A stretch of DNA of 64,000 nucleotides from the human T2T-CHM13v2.0 reference genome, Homo sapiens. The stretch lies in NCBI RefSeq assembly GCF_009914755.1, contig NC_060942.1; one strand, written 5' to 3'. Below the pieces are notes generated by a model that was not told the origin of the DNA, ran no database searches, and saw only the letters and a program-made list of their open reading frames with translations. The translations under genes and the position numbers were made by a program. Positions within the stretch are counted from its first letter, which is position 1; each line of letters opens with the position of its first letter. Positions 1 through 17,057 of the stretch are shown here, one piece after another.

Positions 1-890
1 TCATGAAAGTCCTAGAAGGCATCTTCTTCCAATAGAAGGCTGTCTCATCTACATTGAAAATCTGTTGTTTGGTGGAGCCACTTTCATCTATGATCTCAGC
101 TAGATCTTCCAAATAACTTGCTGTAGCTTCTACATCAGCACTTGCTGCTTCACCTTGACTTTTAGGTTATGGAGGTGGCTTATTTTATTTTCTCAAACCT
201 CATGAGCCAATCTCTGCTAGCTTCAAACTTTCTTTCTGCAGCTTATTCGTCTCTCTCAACCTTCATAGAATTGAGGAGAGTTGAGGAATTGCTCTGGATT
301 AGGCTTTGGCTTAAGAAAATGTTATAGCTGGTTTGATCTTCCATTCACATCATTAAAATGTTCTTCATATCCGCAATAAGCCTGGTTTTCTATCTTAACA
401 TTTATATGTTCAATGGAGTAGCACTTTTAATTTTCTTCAAGAATTTTTCCTTTGCATTCACAACTTAGCTAACCGGCACATGAGCTCTGGATTTCAGCCT
501 GTCTCTGCTATTGACCTGCCTTCCTCACTAAGCTTAATTATTTCTAGCTTTTGATTTAAAGTGAGGGACATGAGATTCTTCCTTTTACTTAAACACTCAG
601 GAGGCCCCAGGAAAGAGAATGAAATGGGAGAGCAGCCAGTAGATAGAGCAGTCAGAACACACATCACATTTATCCTAAGTTTGCCATCTTATATGGGCAT
701 GGTTTGTGGTACCCCAAAACAATTACAATAACAACAGTGATCACTGATCACAGATCTCCATAGTAACAGATATAATAATAGTGAAAAAGTTTGAGATATT
801 GCGAGAATTACAAAAATGCAACACAGAGGCCCAAAGAGAGCACGTGCTATTGGAAAATGGTGCTGATAGAGTTACTCAACCCAAGTTGAC
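1..890 (-). mobile_element. Tigger1 DNA transposon fragment (5' part incl. decayed transposase N-terminus), truncated by window edge
   Basis: Close match to recalled Tigger1 reverse strand (tcatgaaagtcctag..ggcatcttcttccaatagaaggctg; gatcactgatcacagatc; gagcacgtgctattggaaaatgg); ~50-bp internal deletion near 598-601. Confidence 0.9.
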
Positions 891-1520
891 ATCATTAAAA
901 TATTAACAAAAACATATGAATCCTAGAAATAGATTAAGCAAAAAATGTTCAATATTTGATAAAGAAAATTACAAATCTTTGTCGAAAGATTAGGTTAACA
1001 ATTACCTATATAAATAAGTATATAATTACCTATATAAATAACAGGTAAGGTTAGCAATTACCTATAAATACATATATATGTAGACATGTCATATTTATGT
1101 ATGTATAGGAAATTGTTAATGTTTGTCTGAATACAGACACTTCCTGCTTGAAATGTTTTTCATATGAACACATTTTAGTTACCATGGTTTTGTTAAATAA
1201 AATCTATCCCCCAACAACACAGCTCAAATTTCAGTTTCCAGGGCTTATCTACCATAAGTAACTGAATAGAGTGCCAATTGTGCTGCCATTTTTTTAATCC
1301 ACAGATCACCATATAAAGAACAGATGTACATATTGAACAGTGATCAATCTTGTCACTTATTTCAAAGTCTGCTAGAAACTAGTCACTGCTACTCTGTTAT
1401 TCAGTTCATGCACAGAAAGAAAAGCATTCAGTTGCCTCCTCCTCTCTCCATGATAAACCCACATGACATCTTACAAAAAATGGACAATGGAAGAGGAAAT
1501 TTTGCAAGATCAAAGTGTGG

Positions 1521-1997
1521 TGTATTCATTTCCTATTACTGCTGTAACAAATGACCATCAACTTAGAGGCTTAAAACAACATGAGTTTATTCTCTTACAG
1601 GTCTAGGGATCAAAAGTCTAGGACAAATCTTATGGGGCTAAAATCAAGGTGTGGGCAGGTCTGACTGCTTCTGGGTCTGGCTGATTCTGGGGAGAATCCA
1701 TTCCTTGCCTCTTCCAGCTTCCAGAGGTTGCCTTGGCATTCCTTGGCTCATGGCCACATCACTTCAGTCTCTGCTCTGTCTTCACATCTCCTCCTCTCTT
1801 TTATCTCCTGCCACTCTCTCATAAGAATGCATGTGATTCCATCAGGTCCACTTAGATAACCCCAGATCTCCTCCTATCTCAAGATCCTTGTCTTAATCAC
1901 ATCTGCGGAGGCTCTTTTGCCATGTAAGATAATAGTCATACATTCTGGAGATTAGGATGTGTACATTTTGGGGGCAGCTGTTATTCAGCCTACTATA
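1521..1997 (-). mobile_element. MaLR solo LTR (MLT1D-like)
   Basis: tgtattcatttcctattactgctgtaacaaatgaccatcaacttagaggcttaaaacaac...gattaggatgtgtacattttggggg...cagcctactata; 5-bp TSD tgtgg/tgcag (both CpG-decay products of tgcgg). Confidence 0.85.
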
Positions 1998-2214
1998 TGC
2001 AGCAAAGAAACAAAAATAATAACACTAGGTGTAAAATTAGATGTAATTAGAAGATAACCGACCATGAGAGTGTTGGCACTACCATCATTTGAAAGACTAG
2101 AGGAATTTAGTGAAGGTCACTAATGAACATTAATGAGGAAAGAGATCGTGATGAAGATATCTCAGAGGAATAGATGCCAGTGAAAAGTTTCACATCAAAA
2201 GAAATTGTAGAACT

Positions 2215-2810
2215 TTGACAGTTTCTCAAAGAACTAAAAATAGAATTATCATTTGTCCCAGTAATCCCATTATTGGGTATATACCCAAAGAAAAATAAAT
2301 CATTCTACCAAAAAAATACATCCACTCATATGTTTATCATTGCACTATTTACAATTGCAAAGACATGGAATCACTCTAGGTGTCCATTAACAGTGGATTG
2401 AATAAAGAAAATATGATACATATACACCATAGAGTACTACGCAGCCATAAAAAATGACGAAATCATGTCCTGTGCAGCAACATGGATGCAGCTGGAGGCC
2501 ATCATCCTAAGCAAATTAACACAGATAGGGAAAACCAAATACCATGTTCTCACTTACAAATGAGAGCTAAATATTGGGTACACATGGACATAAAGATGGG
2601 AACGATAGACACTGAGGACTACCAGAGAGGGGAGGGAGGAAGAGAGGAAACTGTTTTTAAAAACTACCTATCAGGTACTATGTTCACTATTTGGGTGATG
2701 AGATCAATAGAAGCTCAAGCCTCAGCATTATGCAATATGCCCATATAACAAACCTGCACATGTACCTCCTGAATCTAAATAAATAAATAAAATGTTTTAA
2801 ACAAACAAAA
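2215..2810 (+). mobile_element. L1 3' end (L1PA15/16- or L1PB-like), 5'-truncated
   Basis: ORF2 C-terminus/3' UTR motifs (aatcccattattgggtatatacccaaag; gcaacatggatgcagctggaggccatcatcctaagc; acaaacctgcacatgtacc), A-rich tail. Confidence 0.9.
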
Positions 2811-3629
2811 GAGAAACTTGCAGACATATTTTGCAACAATGAAAGTACACAGAATGAAATGTTGGAAGCTAACCTAAACTTAAGTGTATGACAATTCTCC
2901 AAAAACAGAGGGAGAGAAGACAATAAAACTCAAGAAAAGAAAAATTAACAAAATTCAGTATGGTGGGTAGTCCCTTACACAGAAGGTAAGAGCAATAGAA
3001 TCACAAAAGGTATACAAAAGGATAAGCAGTACTGGTAATGTTCTATTCCTTAAGTTGAGTAGTGGGCACACAGAGAGTATGTTTCTTGCTTTATGTGTGT
3101 GTGTGTCTGTGTGTGTTCTTTATATATAGCACATATGTGAATGTATGTAGGTAGATCATATATACATGTTTACATATGAACTTTTTCAAGCCAAAATGCT
3201 TTAATGCTTTGAATGCTTAATAAATTATCCTCTTTGGAAAGCATCCTAAATGTAATTATAATGCCAATAATAATTAGCGATAACGAAAACACAGTTCTGT
3301 GGAGACTGTGCAAAATTTCTTTTATTTTTCTCCTTGCCACATGATGGGAGGACACAACAGAAGGACAACAAACCTCCCAGAAAGTCTAGAATGTTCTGAA
3401 GGTCTTCATAGAGTGTTCTGCCATTAGCTAATAGCCAGTTACAAGTCTCTTTTACAATTCTAGAGAAACACTTCCCACAAAGAATTCTGGGCTGTTTTCT
3501 TGTTTGTTTGTTTGTTTGTTTGTTGTTTATTTGTTTTTGAAGTGCAATTCCATGTGAAACTGTAGCGCTCAGTTAATCACATCTGTGGTCAATCTCACCC
3601 ATTCAAATTATAAAGTCCTGTAAGATCCA

Positions 3630-4835
<1,206 letters not shown>

Positions 4836-4899
4836 TTGAAGTGATGCAGAAATTCTAGAAAAGGCAAAACTACAGTGACAGAAAGACAGGCCAAATCAA

Positions 4900-5345
4900 G
4901 CTGGGGATTTTAAACATCAGCAAGAACTTTGGACTTCATCCTGTGAGCAAAAAGAATGCACAAGAGACTTTCAAAGTAAGCAGAGGACAGGGTCAGTCTT
5001 ATATTTTGTAAAGTTCACTCTAGCTACAGGCAGAAAGGGAAAGCGGGAGCAAGGCGAGCAGACCACGGGCTCTTCAGGAATGAAGACAGAACTGGAGATC
5101 CCCTTAGTGGAGTGGAGTAGAAAGGAGGGAGCAGACAGGTCTTGGGAAGGGAGCCGCAGAAGTTGGCGACTAGCTGGATGAGGGTGGAAACTGGGTGAGA
5201 AAAGGCTGAGGAGTCCAAGACAACTTCTGAGTTTCTAACTTGGGCTATTGGTTAAATTGGTTAAATGTGTGGACACAAAACAGGAGGGACAAAGTTTAGA
5301 GGGAAAGATGAACTGAATTTTTGGCTTGATGAGTGACAAACAGGA
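4900..5345 (-). mobile_element. L2 fragment
   Basis: gaactttggacttcatcctgtgagc..tattttgtaaagttcactctagct; gagtccaagacaacttctgagtttctaacttggg are typical antisense L2 motifs. Confidence 0.65.
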
Positions 5346-5410
5346 GAGTGTATTTGCATGTTTTTCTTTTGCTAATGTTTTCTAATTTGGGATCTAGTTC
5401 TTAGGGTTTT

Positions 5411-5514
5411 CATATATATACATATATATGTATATATACATATACATATATATGTATATATACATATACATATATATGTATATATATATATATACATGTA
5501 TATATATATATATG
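5411..5514. repeat. (TA/TACA)n microsatellite with 24-bp higher-order unit catatacatatatatgtatatata
   Basis: Direct reading. Confidence 0.95.
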
Positions 5515-6789
5515 AACTACTCTGTATTGTGCATAGATAATTCCAATTTCTTGAGAATTTGGTTGACAACATTTGGGTAGAAAACCGAGGCACCAAAAAC
5601 AGCCCATTCCTGTGCTGTCTGGAAAGCAACTCTCACCTGCATTTCACCCTCTCTCAGGTCAGAGCCAATACGGGGCAGCTCTGCCTTGGATTCTTTCCCT
5701 TTTGGAACAGAGGGCTGTCCTCTGCATAATTTAGAAACCTCTAATGTTGCCTGTTTGGCTGTTTTTGTAACCCAACAGATGCAGCTCGCTCAAACAACTG
5801 CACTCCCTGGAGTGTGTTAATCCACTTAGAAAAGGTATAATTGATTTTCCAGTGAAATATGTGAAAATGACTCGCTGCTTTCCAACCACAGGGTGGTCGG
5901 CCCATAACCACAGGTGTCTGACCTTATCTAGCCAGGAAGGTGATTCTTTCCCCCACATCGCACTCATAGGTCACTGAAAGGCAGCGTGGAAGTCCAATTC
6001 TGATTCATCCATTACACGAAGTTATTGAGTGTTTACCACCGAGCCACCAGTTATCCCAGAGGTCAGGGCACAATGAGGCTCTGGCTAAAATAATGGTTGG
6101 CCCTCTGTACAGAGCTCCCACACACTTCCTGGAGCAGCCAAGTGGGTTGTTCTGTGTAGATCTCTTCAAGACTTTGCCAAAATAATATTTTTTTGCTGAA
6201 TGCAATGCTTTGACTTACATGTGGAAATTTTACTGAGAGTACAGATGCTGAGTCTGGAACACATTAGAGTGAGCACCATGCATGAAGCCTCTTGAAGATG
6301 ACACGGCCTCCTCCCCCGTGTCACATCATTCCTGCAGCAGGCACAGATCTTCCTGCTCCTGACTCTTGCTGCCTCTACCGTCTGCAGCACAGCACCACAG
6401 CTTTCAGACTGCCTCCCACAGCTCCTGAGAACTTCTCTGTATGAAAGTCCTGTCTCCCCAGTAGGGCTGGAAATCATGTAATGAAGATCTAAGTACAGCT
6501 GAAAAATAGTTGCTGACAGTCAAAGACCTTCAGATTAAAATGCCACGTGACCCTTTGAATGCTCTGCAGTAGAAGACATTTGGAAGTCACAGACTCAAAC
6601 TGCTCCCACAGCCTTAGCAAGGGATTCAGTGCACCAGAGTGGGGTGGGGGAGTCACCTCCCTATGAGAGAAGAGGAACTCAGCCTCAGATCTAATAAATT
6701 CACCTCTACAACCCAGGAGATGCTCAGAGCCACAGTACTTAGAGGCAGAGTGACATCAGGGAAGCCACCGAGACAGCTCTTACAATTGC

Positions 6790-6975
6790 CAGCCCCATGT
6801 CTTTAATAAGTCGTTTTATATTCCTGAACCTAGGTTTCCTCATCTGTACAGTGAAGAGGGTGATGCCTATCTCACAGGGAGGGGTTTTTACAAGAAGTAA
6901 GTGAAATGAAATCTTTGGAGTGCTTCGTTCAGTTTTTAGCACACAAGAAGAGGTATCCAAATGGTAATTCTCAGT
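6790..6975 (+). mobile_element. MIR SINE
   Basis: Core ggtttcctcatctgtacagtgaagagggtgatgcctatctcacaggg. Confidence 0.75.
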
Positions 6976-6984
6976 TGCTGTCGT

Positions 6985-7325
6985 CTGCACATCTGTGTTT
7001 CCCCAGAATTCAGATGTGGAATTCTAATACCAAGTGTGATGGGATTAGGAGGCGGGGACCTTTGGGAGGTGATGAGATTATGAGGGCAGAGTCCCGGTGA
7101 ATGGGATTAGTGCCCTGATAAGAGGCCCCTGAACACTGCCTTGCCTCTTCCATCATGTGAGGACACAGCCAGAAGGCAGAGTTAGGAGGAGCCGGCCCTC
7201 CCTGGAAACCAGATCTGCCAGCGCCTTGATCTTGGACCTCCAGCCGTGTGAGGAATACATTTCTGTTGTTAGTGAGCCACCCAGTCTTTGGTGTTTTGTT
7301 ACGGCAGTCTGAGGGGACTGAGACG
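6985..7325 (+). mobile_element. MaLR solo LTR (MLT1A/MLT1A0-like)
   Basis: ctttgggaggtgatgagattatgagggcagag..aatgggattagtgccct; gccttgatcttggacctccagcc; gccacccagtctttggtgttttgttacggcag. Confidence 0.85.
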
Positions 7326-10300
7326 CTCCTGACTCGGATCCTCTGACTCTACAGCCAGTGTTCTCCCCACCCCGTCAGGAGAAAGGCACTCGTTTATTTC
7401 CACATGTTCGTTCATCCCAGGGTGCTGGCGCCTTGGAGAGACTCATATAGGAGAGCACAGCCCGTTCGGAAGGTGAGCACCTAAACGTGCTGGGTCAAGA
7501 ATAAGGTAGGACTTTGGATTCTGAAAACACAGGCACGGACAAGCAGCCACGGACCTGCTCAGAGGGAATTCGCGGAGAGGAGGCCCTGGGAGAAGGACGC
7601 AGGACAGCTTCTCATTAGCGTTTCCTCTTGTCTAAGAGGGAAAAGGCCTTTTTCAAATGGCATTAGCCCTGCAGACAGCGGGGTGGTGGCTGGATCTGCG
7701 CGTCCGGAACGCCCCACGCCTTAGAAGAAGAAATGAGGGGAGACTCTGTGGGCACAGAATGAAACCCAGACCCCAGAACTTTGGTACCGGATTGGTGGTC
7801 TAAACCCTAGAGGAGCGTTTCTAAAGACCATGGGTGCTCTGCAGACAGGTTTGCCAGCCACATTGAATCCTTTAGTGCTCAACTGTTTGGAGAGCTTGTT
7901 ATACAACAGAACATGCTGTGAATCAGAAACAATATCCTATGTCTCAAACTGACTTTATCACTGAATCTCTCCTTACATAACAGCCATTGCTGTCACGAGG
8001 AACACTGAGGAAAACACTGGCATATCATAGAGTATTCTGGAAGCAGGGTATTTAAACCATGGGGAGCAAGATACATCAAACAAGAGTATATATGTGTGTA
8101 TGTGAGTGTGTGGGTGTTGTCCTGGACTGGAGAGAGCAATGGTGCATTCTGTTGTTACCTGCTCTTCACCTTTGAACTTCATGCTGGTGCTAAAACACCT
8201 GAATTGTCTCACAATCCGTGCTTTGGACAAAGCATCTAAATAAATGCTTCTATTTAATATATTCTTAATGGCTTCCCTAGAGCCTAGTACACTTTGAGAC
8301 ATGAGTCCCTCGCCAAATGTGTTTAACTGAAAGGATGTCTTTATACACAAGTGGTATAAAACACATAGACAAACACACATACACAGAGATGGAGAGACAG
8401 GTCCAACAGTCTAGAGATTCGATAAATGGAAGATGTTATCCAAAAACCAGGCAAAATGATTTGCATGGAACAGTTAAATTCTACCTCCATAGATCTTGAA
8501 ATATTACTGACAGAGTTTATACCATTGCTGACATATATGGATTTTCACAGTATTTTCTATTTCAAAAATTATGAACACCAATCAGAAACAAATAATCTGT
8601 TTTTGCTTCTGAACATCAGTGGTTATTCTACTACTGTTAAAGAACGTATTTTTGCCTTGCCTTTCACTTTCCAAATCCACCTAATTTATCAAATATTTAT
8701 TTCACCTGGCAAACACACAGACCACCCCCTTTTCTTGGTTTGGTTTTCTGCCCCCCTTACAGTTTTGTTCTGCTTTTTAATTAAAAGAAAAGTTTAAGAT
8801 GTAACTCACTTTGTCAGTTAAAAAAAAAAAAGGAGAAAGGATCCATGAGATGGAAAAAGAAGTCACCTATTTGCAGATTTTTAATGAAGAGGTTTTTAAA
8901 ATATTTTCTTACATACACAAAGTTAATGCTGCGGTAGGTGAGTTGTAAATGCTTATTTTCGTTCCATAATTATAAGTGAAATGTTTTTTAATGTGCAATA
9001 ATAATGTTCAAGCTGTGCTATTTTGCAGCTAATAATTATACACAACAGCGTGGGGCATGATGGCTAGCAGAAAGTTTTCCTTCTTAATGTATCACCCACC
9101 TCTCTCCTCTCCCTGCTACCTGCCTTATTTGCTGTGACTGTACTTTTCAATCCCCTCTTTATTCTAGGAATAGCAGCACTAGTTAGTTACTTTCTTAAGG
9201 AAAGAATGTGAGGCAAGATTGCTGACTGGCTAAAACTGCTCCCATACAAAGTGAAGTCTATAATAGGCTGGCTTTAAAAAAAAAAAAAAAAAAAAGGAAA
9301 GAAATACACTCTCAAACTACAGTGAAGCTTAAAATGTGCTCGCTGGAATCCTCAGTCTTGAAAGTTAGAAATTTGCTGTACAGTTTAACACAGTGTTCTT
9401 GAAACAAGGCTGGAAGTTGGCAATGAAAGCAGAGGTCAGCAAGCCTTGGCATCAGATATCAATTTCTTCGCAGATGGAGGAATAAATTTATCACTGAACA
9501 GCCACATTTGTTATTATGGATATGGACCATTTCTGAAATATCTTGGGGTTAGCCAGCTGTGTGTCTGAGGCAGCTTCTCCATTAGCTTCTCAACCACAGT
9601 GTTCCCTTGAAATTGCTGAATATGTCATGTTTTTCTTTGAAGAAAGAAAGAAAGAAGATGCCACATGTATTAAGAAAAGCCATGCCAGGTAGATTAGGAT
9701 TTGGTTAGAGACATTTGAGAAAACCAGCTTACCTCAAACTGAGTGTTCTAAATGGCTTAAATAAATTAACTTCTGCATAAATTTGAAGAACCATAAAAGG
9801 AATGTAACCCGGATACAGCAATTGATTCAGCAGAAAGGAGCCTCCCTAATTTTCCGTACACCTAATGCTCATTTGGACATTTGCCTGGACTTCTTCAGCC
9901 CACATTTAGCTCATTCCCAGCTGCTCTAAACATACTTCTTTCTTAATGGCTCACAATAAACTGACCATATGGGTTAATATCAAGTCAATCCTTTATTTTC
10001 TCTTGCTATCACTGAACTACGAAAAAGTATTCTTTGGCGTAAAGCTTGTGGTATATGTTCAGCCAGATCTGAATAGAATATTGGGAAAAGCATGAATTTC
10101 ATGTAGTTAAAAGGGAAGTTAGGAATGGAGGCCAGAAGGTCAACTGTGTTGCATAGTTCAGGACATGGGGTCATTTCAAATTTAGGTATAGCATTCTATT
10201 CCATACAGGAGAGACTGTAAACATGTGTACTATGCCACACTATGCAATCTAGAAGTTACTTGTATTTTTTATCTTTAGGATCTTCCTGAAGCTTCCATAG

Positions 10301-10339
10301 GTTTATAGCACAACTGAAATATTTTACAACTTAAAATAA

Positions 10340-10450
10340 TAGAATAATATGAAGCTAGAACTCAATGGGACCTAGATATCATGTAGTATCTTCTTCATTT
10401 CACAGAGAGTTATGTTTCAGAGGGTGTATGCCCAAGGCTCATAGAAAGCC
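10340..10450 (-). mobile_element. MIR fragment
   Basis: gggacctagatatcatgtagt..catttcacagagag..tgcccaaggctcatag. Confidence 0.55.
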
Positions 10451-10699
10451 AATCCTCCTGTGACATCTGTCACCAAAATAGACTCAAATAGCTACACAAA
10501 TGCTGCATTCTCAATTATTTATCTGTGTGCAGGCTTACCTTGGTGAATGCTTTATTGAAGAACAAGATTTGGACTTCCATTTTGGGTAGTGGAGGACTAG
10601 ATTATTTGGATCAACTCTCAGAACACACAAAAAAGGAAAGACTATGTTTATAAGCAACAAAGAGCTAACGACACAATGAAGACAGACATCTTGGAATAA

Positions 10700-12560
<1,861 letters not shown>

Positions 12561-12649
12561 ACCAAAATAAATAAAACTTTCCAAGATTCTTCAGCCTTTA
12601 TGAGTATGAATGTACCACTCTGTTCAGTGCAGTGCTGGGGTTAGGGAGC

Positions 12650-12842
12650 TGTGGCCCTCAGCACTGGCTACACCTGGAATCTACTGGGAAGCTTTAAAAA
12701 ACCCTGTGTTAAGGCACACATCTGACCAATTAAACAGAACCTCCAGGGGAGATGCCTATGCATAAGTTTTGTTGATATTTGTTTATTTGTTTTAATTCTC
12801 TGCAGCTGATTACAGTGTGAACATTAAGTTTGGAACCACTGT
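12650..12842. mobile_element. MER5A-like hAT-Charlie MITE
   Basis: ggaatctactgggaagctttaaaaa..gaccaattaaacagaacctccagggg..aagtttggaaccactg. Confidence 0.7.
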
Positions 12843-14433
12843 TATAGAGGCATTCTCATGTAGTCCAAGAAAAGAATAAGCCCCAGCATGAACGAAGAGG
12901 CTGATGTGAAGAAATCAAGAGCACTATAGATTCTTTATTTCTGCACCAAAATCTTTAGTGTTCACTATGCTGAAATTACAATGGTGTACAGCAGTGGCAC
13001 TCATTAAAATCACCTGATTTTAAACAATATTTTGTAGAATAACAGACTGTTTAAAAGATAGTTAAAGCAATCCCATGGCCCCTTCACCCTGATTCCCCAA
13101 AAGGTTACACCTTACAATACAATATCAAACTCAATAGACTGACTTTGGTGCAATGCATAGTAGTTCTATACTATAGCGTTTTATGTCATTCTATAACATG
13201 TACATTCTGTAACCACTGCCAAAATCAAGATACAGAATTATTGTTTCACCACAGAAAGGTCTACCATGCTTCCCCTGTATAGTCACTCCCATCCCTAACC
13301 CTTACAGTCACTTAATTGTTACCTAGTTCTATAATTGTGTCACTTTTAGGTATAAAACAAATGGAATCATTCAGTATATCACCTTTTGAGGTTGACTTTT
13401 TTCATTCAGCATATTACCCTTACATATAGTTGGGTCAATTTTTTTAACCCACTCTTCCAATGTTTGTCTTTTAATGAGTGTAGGTAGACTATTAACAATT
13501 AATGTAATTGTTGATATGGTAGGGCTTAATTCTACCACTTTGGGTTTTTTTAAATTTTCTGCTTGTTTCTTCCATTTTGTGTGTGTGTGTGTGGGTTCTT
13601 TGTTTTATTCTTTCTGCCTTCTTGTGGATTACTTGAACATTTTTTAGAATTCCATATGTATTTATCTATAGAGTTTTGAGTGCATCTCTTTAATTAACTT
13701 TTTAATGGTTGGTTTAGGTGTTATATTATGCATACATGACTTATCACACTCTCCCAGTGTCATCAATTTACCAGTTTAAATGAAGTGTAGAAAATGTACT
13801 TCCTTGTAAGTTCCTTCATCCTCCTTCATTTATAATTTCCTTAAATATTTTCTCTACATAGACTGAGAACCACATCAGACAGTATTATAATTTTTGCTTC
13901 ACCTACCAAACATAATTTGAAAATTCAAGAGAAGAGGAAAGTCCATTGTGTTTACCTATATTTTTGCTCATTTCATTGTTCTTTTTACCTTCCTGGCATT
14001 TCAGGATTCCTTCTTTTATTATTTCCTTTCCATTATGGGAAACTTATTTAGTGATTCTTTTAGGGTAGGTATACTACAACCAATTCTGTTACATTTCCTT
14101 TATCTTATGACATTTTGATTTCTTCATTCCAAAAGATATTTTTGCTGATGGTAGAATTCTGAGTTGATAGTTATTTTCTTCCAGCACTTAAACAAAGGTG
14201 TGCCATTAGCTTCTGGTCTTCATGGTTTTTGATAAGAAATCTGCTGTCATTGGAATAGCTTTCTCCTACAGAAAAGATGTATCTTGTTGCTTCAGGATTT
14301 TTTTATTTAGTTTTCAGTAGTTGCTCTTATACTGTGTCTTGGTATAGATTTCTTTGAGTTTATCCTGTTTAGGGTTAACTCAGCTTCTTGAACTTGGAGT
14401 TTTATGTCTCTGTCAAATTTGGAAACATTTTAG

Positions 14434-14962
<529 letters not shown>

Positions 14963-15049
14963 TATGATTTTTATTTCAGTAATTGTATTTAAAAATTTTT
15001 TTCCTCCCATCTCTTTCTGTTTCATTGCTGAGACTTGTGATTTTTTTTA

Positions 15050-15344
15050 ATAGTCATGTGCCACACAACAATGTTTCTGTCAATGATGGATAGCATATAC
15101 AATGGTAGTCTCATAAGACCATATACCATAGCTTTACTGTACTCGTTCTGTGTTTAGATATGTTTAGATACACAGATACTTACCGTTGTGTTACATGTGC
15201 CTACAATATTCAGTATAGCAGCCTGCTGTGCAGGTTTGTAGTGCAGGAGCAATGGACTCTGTTTGTGTAAGTGCACTCTATGATGTTCTTCTGACAACAC
15301 ATTTCTCAGAACATGTTCCTGTCAGTAAGCAATGCATGGCTGTA
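15050..15344. mobile_element. Tigger3a (MER7A) MITE
   Basis: Termini tagtcatgtgccac.. / ..taagcaatgcatggctgta; internal tgtttagatacacagatacttaccgttgtgttaca. Confidence 0.85.
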
Positions 15345-16244
15345 CTTCAAGCACGCTCATAATTGTTCTCTGAAGCATTTCTCTTGATGTTTTTAAGCCC
15401 TTGTAAACCATCCTAACGTCTCAGCCATCTCAGGGTTAGCATCTGCCTTTTCTCATTCGGTGTGAGATTTCCTTGATTCTTGCTATGATGAGTGATTTTT
15501 GTATTGCAACCTGGACATGTAATGCAGGATAGCATGTTATGAGACTCTGGCTATTATTTAAATGTTCTGTCTTAGCAGGCCTACGCTGACACCCCTTCAA
15601 TAGAGGAAGGGCCACCTCATTACTGCTAGGTGGGATGGAAATCCAGGTTTCCCATTGGCCTCTGTTGACACCAAAGGATGGGCTCTTACCACAAGGTGGA
15701 GATAGGAGTACTCCTTCCCACCAGGCCTTCACTCATGTCATCCAGGCTGTGAAGGCAGGAGTTACTTCCACCTATGGCCTTCCCTGGGGGTCTAGAGGGC
15801 TCGTTACAGCTGAGCAGTGGTGAAACCCTAACTCTCCACTAGGCATCCTCTTCTGACACCACCAAGCCAGCAGAGGAACTAGAGCCTCATTACAGCCTGA
15901 CGAGGGTGGGAATCTGGGCTCCCCACTTGGCTTTGGTCAAAGGTAAGGGTAGGGATGGGGCTACAGGATTTTTCTGCTATATTTATGTGGAGCAGAGAAG
16001 TTACTGGCTGAAAGTGTTCTGTCTTGCTAGGCTGTCCCTAGCCTGGTGCTTTGGCTAGAGAGAGGCTTGAGTTCTCATTGAAGCTTCTTTTTTCTGTACC
16101 CATTGGTATTTCTGGGTTTCCATCTTTGCCAGCACCTAGCCTGGGATTTATGACCCTACACCCCCCAGAAAAAAAACAAAACTAACCTATCCTGCAGCTC
16201 CTTGGGCCCCAAGGTCTCTCATGCTACTCACTGCTATGTTTTCT

Positions 16245-16560
<316 letters not shown>

Positions 16561-16697
16561 CACTGCTATGTTTTCTATTCTCCGTATTTTAGAGTCTTCT
16601 CTTGGTTGTTGTATGTATACTGTCCCATTTTTAGCTGTATTTAGTGAGAGAAATAGGAAAAAGTATATCTACTCTATTTTTCTAGACCTAAAGAAAT

Positions 16698-17057
16698 GCC
16701 AGAGTCTGTTTGATATGCTGTCACCAAATACCATGGACTGGGTGGCTTATAAACAACACAATGTATTTCTCACAGTTCTGGAGGCGGGGCATACAAGACG
16801 AAGGTGCTGGTAGAGTTGGCGTCTGAGGGGAGCCTGCCTCTGGGTCCAGATGGCCATTTTCCCACTGTGCCCTCACATGGTGGAAGGCACAGGAGAGTTC
16901 TCTGCGGTCTCTTCTATAAGAGCACTCATCCCATCCATGAAGCTTGACTTTCATGACCTAATCACCTCCCAAAGTTCTTGTCTCCTAATACCATCACCTT
17001 GAGAGTAAGGATTTTGATATATGAATTTGGGGGAACATAAATATTCAGAACATAGCA
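16698..17057 (-). mobile_element. MaLR solo LTR (MLT1A0-like)
   Basis: aaataccatggactgggtggcttataaacaac..tttctcacagttctggagg..catgacctaatcacctcccaaag..aatattcagaacatagca. Confidence 0.88.

Larger units (their letters stand above)
1134..2912 (+). mobile_element. Ancient Tigger-family element (Tigger13a-like) split into three pieces (1134-1520, 1998-2207, 2810-2912) by MLT1 and L1 insertions
   Basis: cagttaccatggttttgttaaataa..cccccaacaacac; gcagcaaagaaacaaaaataataacactaggtgtaaaattagatg (AAKK..ITL.VKLDVIR-like); gaaatgttggaagctaacctaaactta resume collinearly across both inserts. Confidence 0.7.

Noticed and set aside
5372-5629. Tyr/Ile-rich ORFs
   Set aside because: Translation of (TA)n microsatellite
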